The notes under the pieces: model-generated
Told to the model about the DNA's origin: nothing
The model's database searches: none
Seen by the model: only the letters and a program-made list of their open reading frames with translations
Made by a program: the position numbers and the translations under genes
DNA from: Thermodesulfobacteriota bacterium
Lineage (GTDB): Bacteria > Desulfobacterota > WTBG01 > JAGOGO01
Assembly: GCA_026625185.1 (NCBI GenBank)
Contig: CP113000.1
Location: 1,275,622-1,307,621 of the forward strand
Length of the DNA: 32,000 bases
Direction: 5' to 3'
Shown here: positions 31,574 to 32,000 of the stretch, one piece after another
How positions within the stretch are numbered: the stretch's first letter is position 1
Layout: each line of letters opens with the position of its first letter

Positions 31574-32000
31574 TTATCCCTCAATGAACTGTTCCAAAAG
31601 AACTTTTTTCATGGCATCTACTGGAGCTTTCTCTCCGGTCCAAAGTTCAAACTGAACGATCGCCTGATTAATAAACATATCGAGGCCGGAAACAGTCATG
31701 CAGCCGGCTTTTTGAGCCTCTTTGAGGAGGGTGGTTTGGGGAGGGTTATAGACCACGTCAAAAACCAGAAGCCCTGAACGGAGAAAACTGCTCGGCAACG
31801 GACTTTCCTTTGTTTTGGGATACATTCCTATTGGGGTACAGTTAATTAGTATATCCGATGCACTAAGAGTCTTTTGGAGAATATCTTCCTGTAACCGTGT
31901 CCCCTGAATATCAATCCTTCCGGTTTTTCTGAGGTCCTCAATCAAAATGTTCATCTCTTCCTCGATAATTCCCAGAATATGCAGTCTTTTTACCTCACCC
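31574..32000 (-). CDS. aroE: Shikimate dehydrogenase-like protein, N-terminus outside the window; atypical dinucleotide-binding region
   Basis: The frame stays open upstream of the track's Met (31954) to the window edge (...GEVKRLHILGIIEEEMNILIEDL...). C-terminal AroE motifs are present (DILINCTPIGMYP, VFDVVYNPPQTTLL, GLDMFINQAIVQFELWTG). The expected GAGGA and NRT motifs are not. Confidence 0.7.
   Translation of the reverse strand, partial: GEVKRLHILGIIEEEMNILIEDLRKTGRIDIQGTRLQEDILQKTLSASDILINCTPIGMYPKTKESPLPSSFLRSGLLVFDVVYNPPQTTLLKEAQKAGCMTVSGLDMFINQAIVQFELWTGEKAPVDAMKKVLLEQFIEG

Overview
The window looks like chromosomal DNA from an obligately anaerobic, selenocysteine-using bacterium. 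The gene content resembles Geobacter, Syntrophus or sulfate-reducer lineages, but I cannot assign a taxon from sequence alone. All family calls rest on motifs I recognise by eye, because no database search was possible. The centrepiece, on the + strand at 10825-23507, is a complete class II (ATP-independent, tungsten/selenium) benzoyl-CoA reductase locus. It comprises bamB (AOR family), bamC (ferredoxin), bamD (HdrD-like), an inserted fdhD-like gene, bamE (HdrA-like), bamF (MvhD-like) and bamGHI (NuoE/F/G-like), followed by a Dch-like dienoyl-CoA hydratase and a strong terminator. The ORF track breaks bamE and bamF at in-frame TGA codons (15683-15685 and 18708-18710). Both fall at conserved Cys/Sec positions and are followed by hairpins, so I call them selenocysteine codons. 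Upstream of bamB is a tandem array of a ~127-bp unit (two full copies and one partial), each copy carrying a near-consensus sigma70 promoter. Divergent from it, on the - strand at 10248-3507, is a poorly understood envelope cluster: a BNR/Ycf48-like protein, an RND/MMPL exporter, a transposase remnant, a DUF1302 barrel and a DUF1329 protein. Other content on the - strand is a partial L,D-transpeptidase, a lytic transglycosylase, serA, and an acyl-CoA dehydrogenase paired with a membrane-anchored BamD paralogue that resembles ETF:menaquinone oxidoreductase. The + strand also carries DUF4416-yicC-remA-gmk, a 5'-truncated pyrF fragment and rlmB. The window ends with aroK and a partial, atypical aroE on the - strand. 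I saw no rRNA, tRNA, CRISPR array or intact mobile element.
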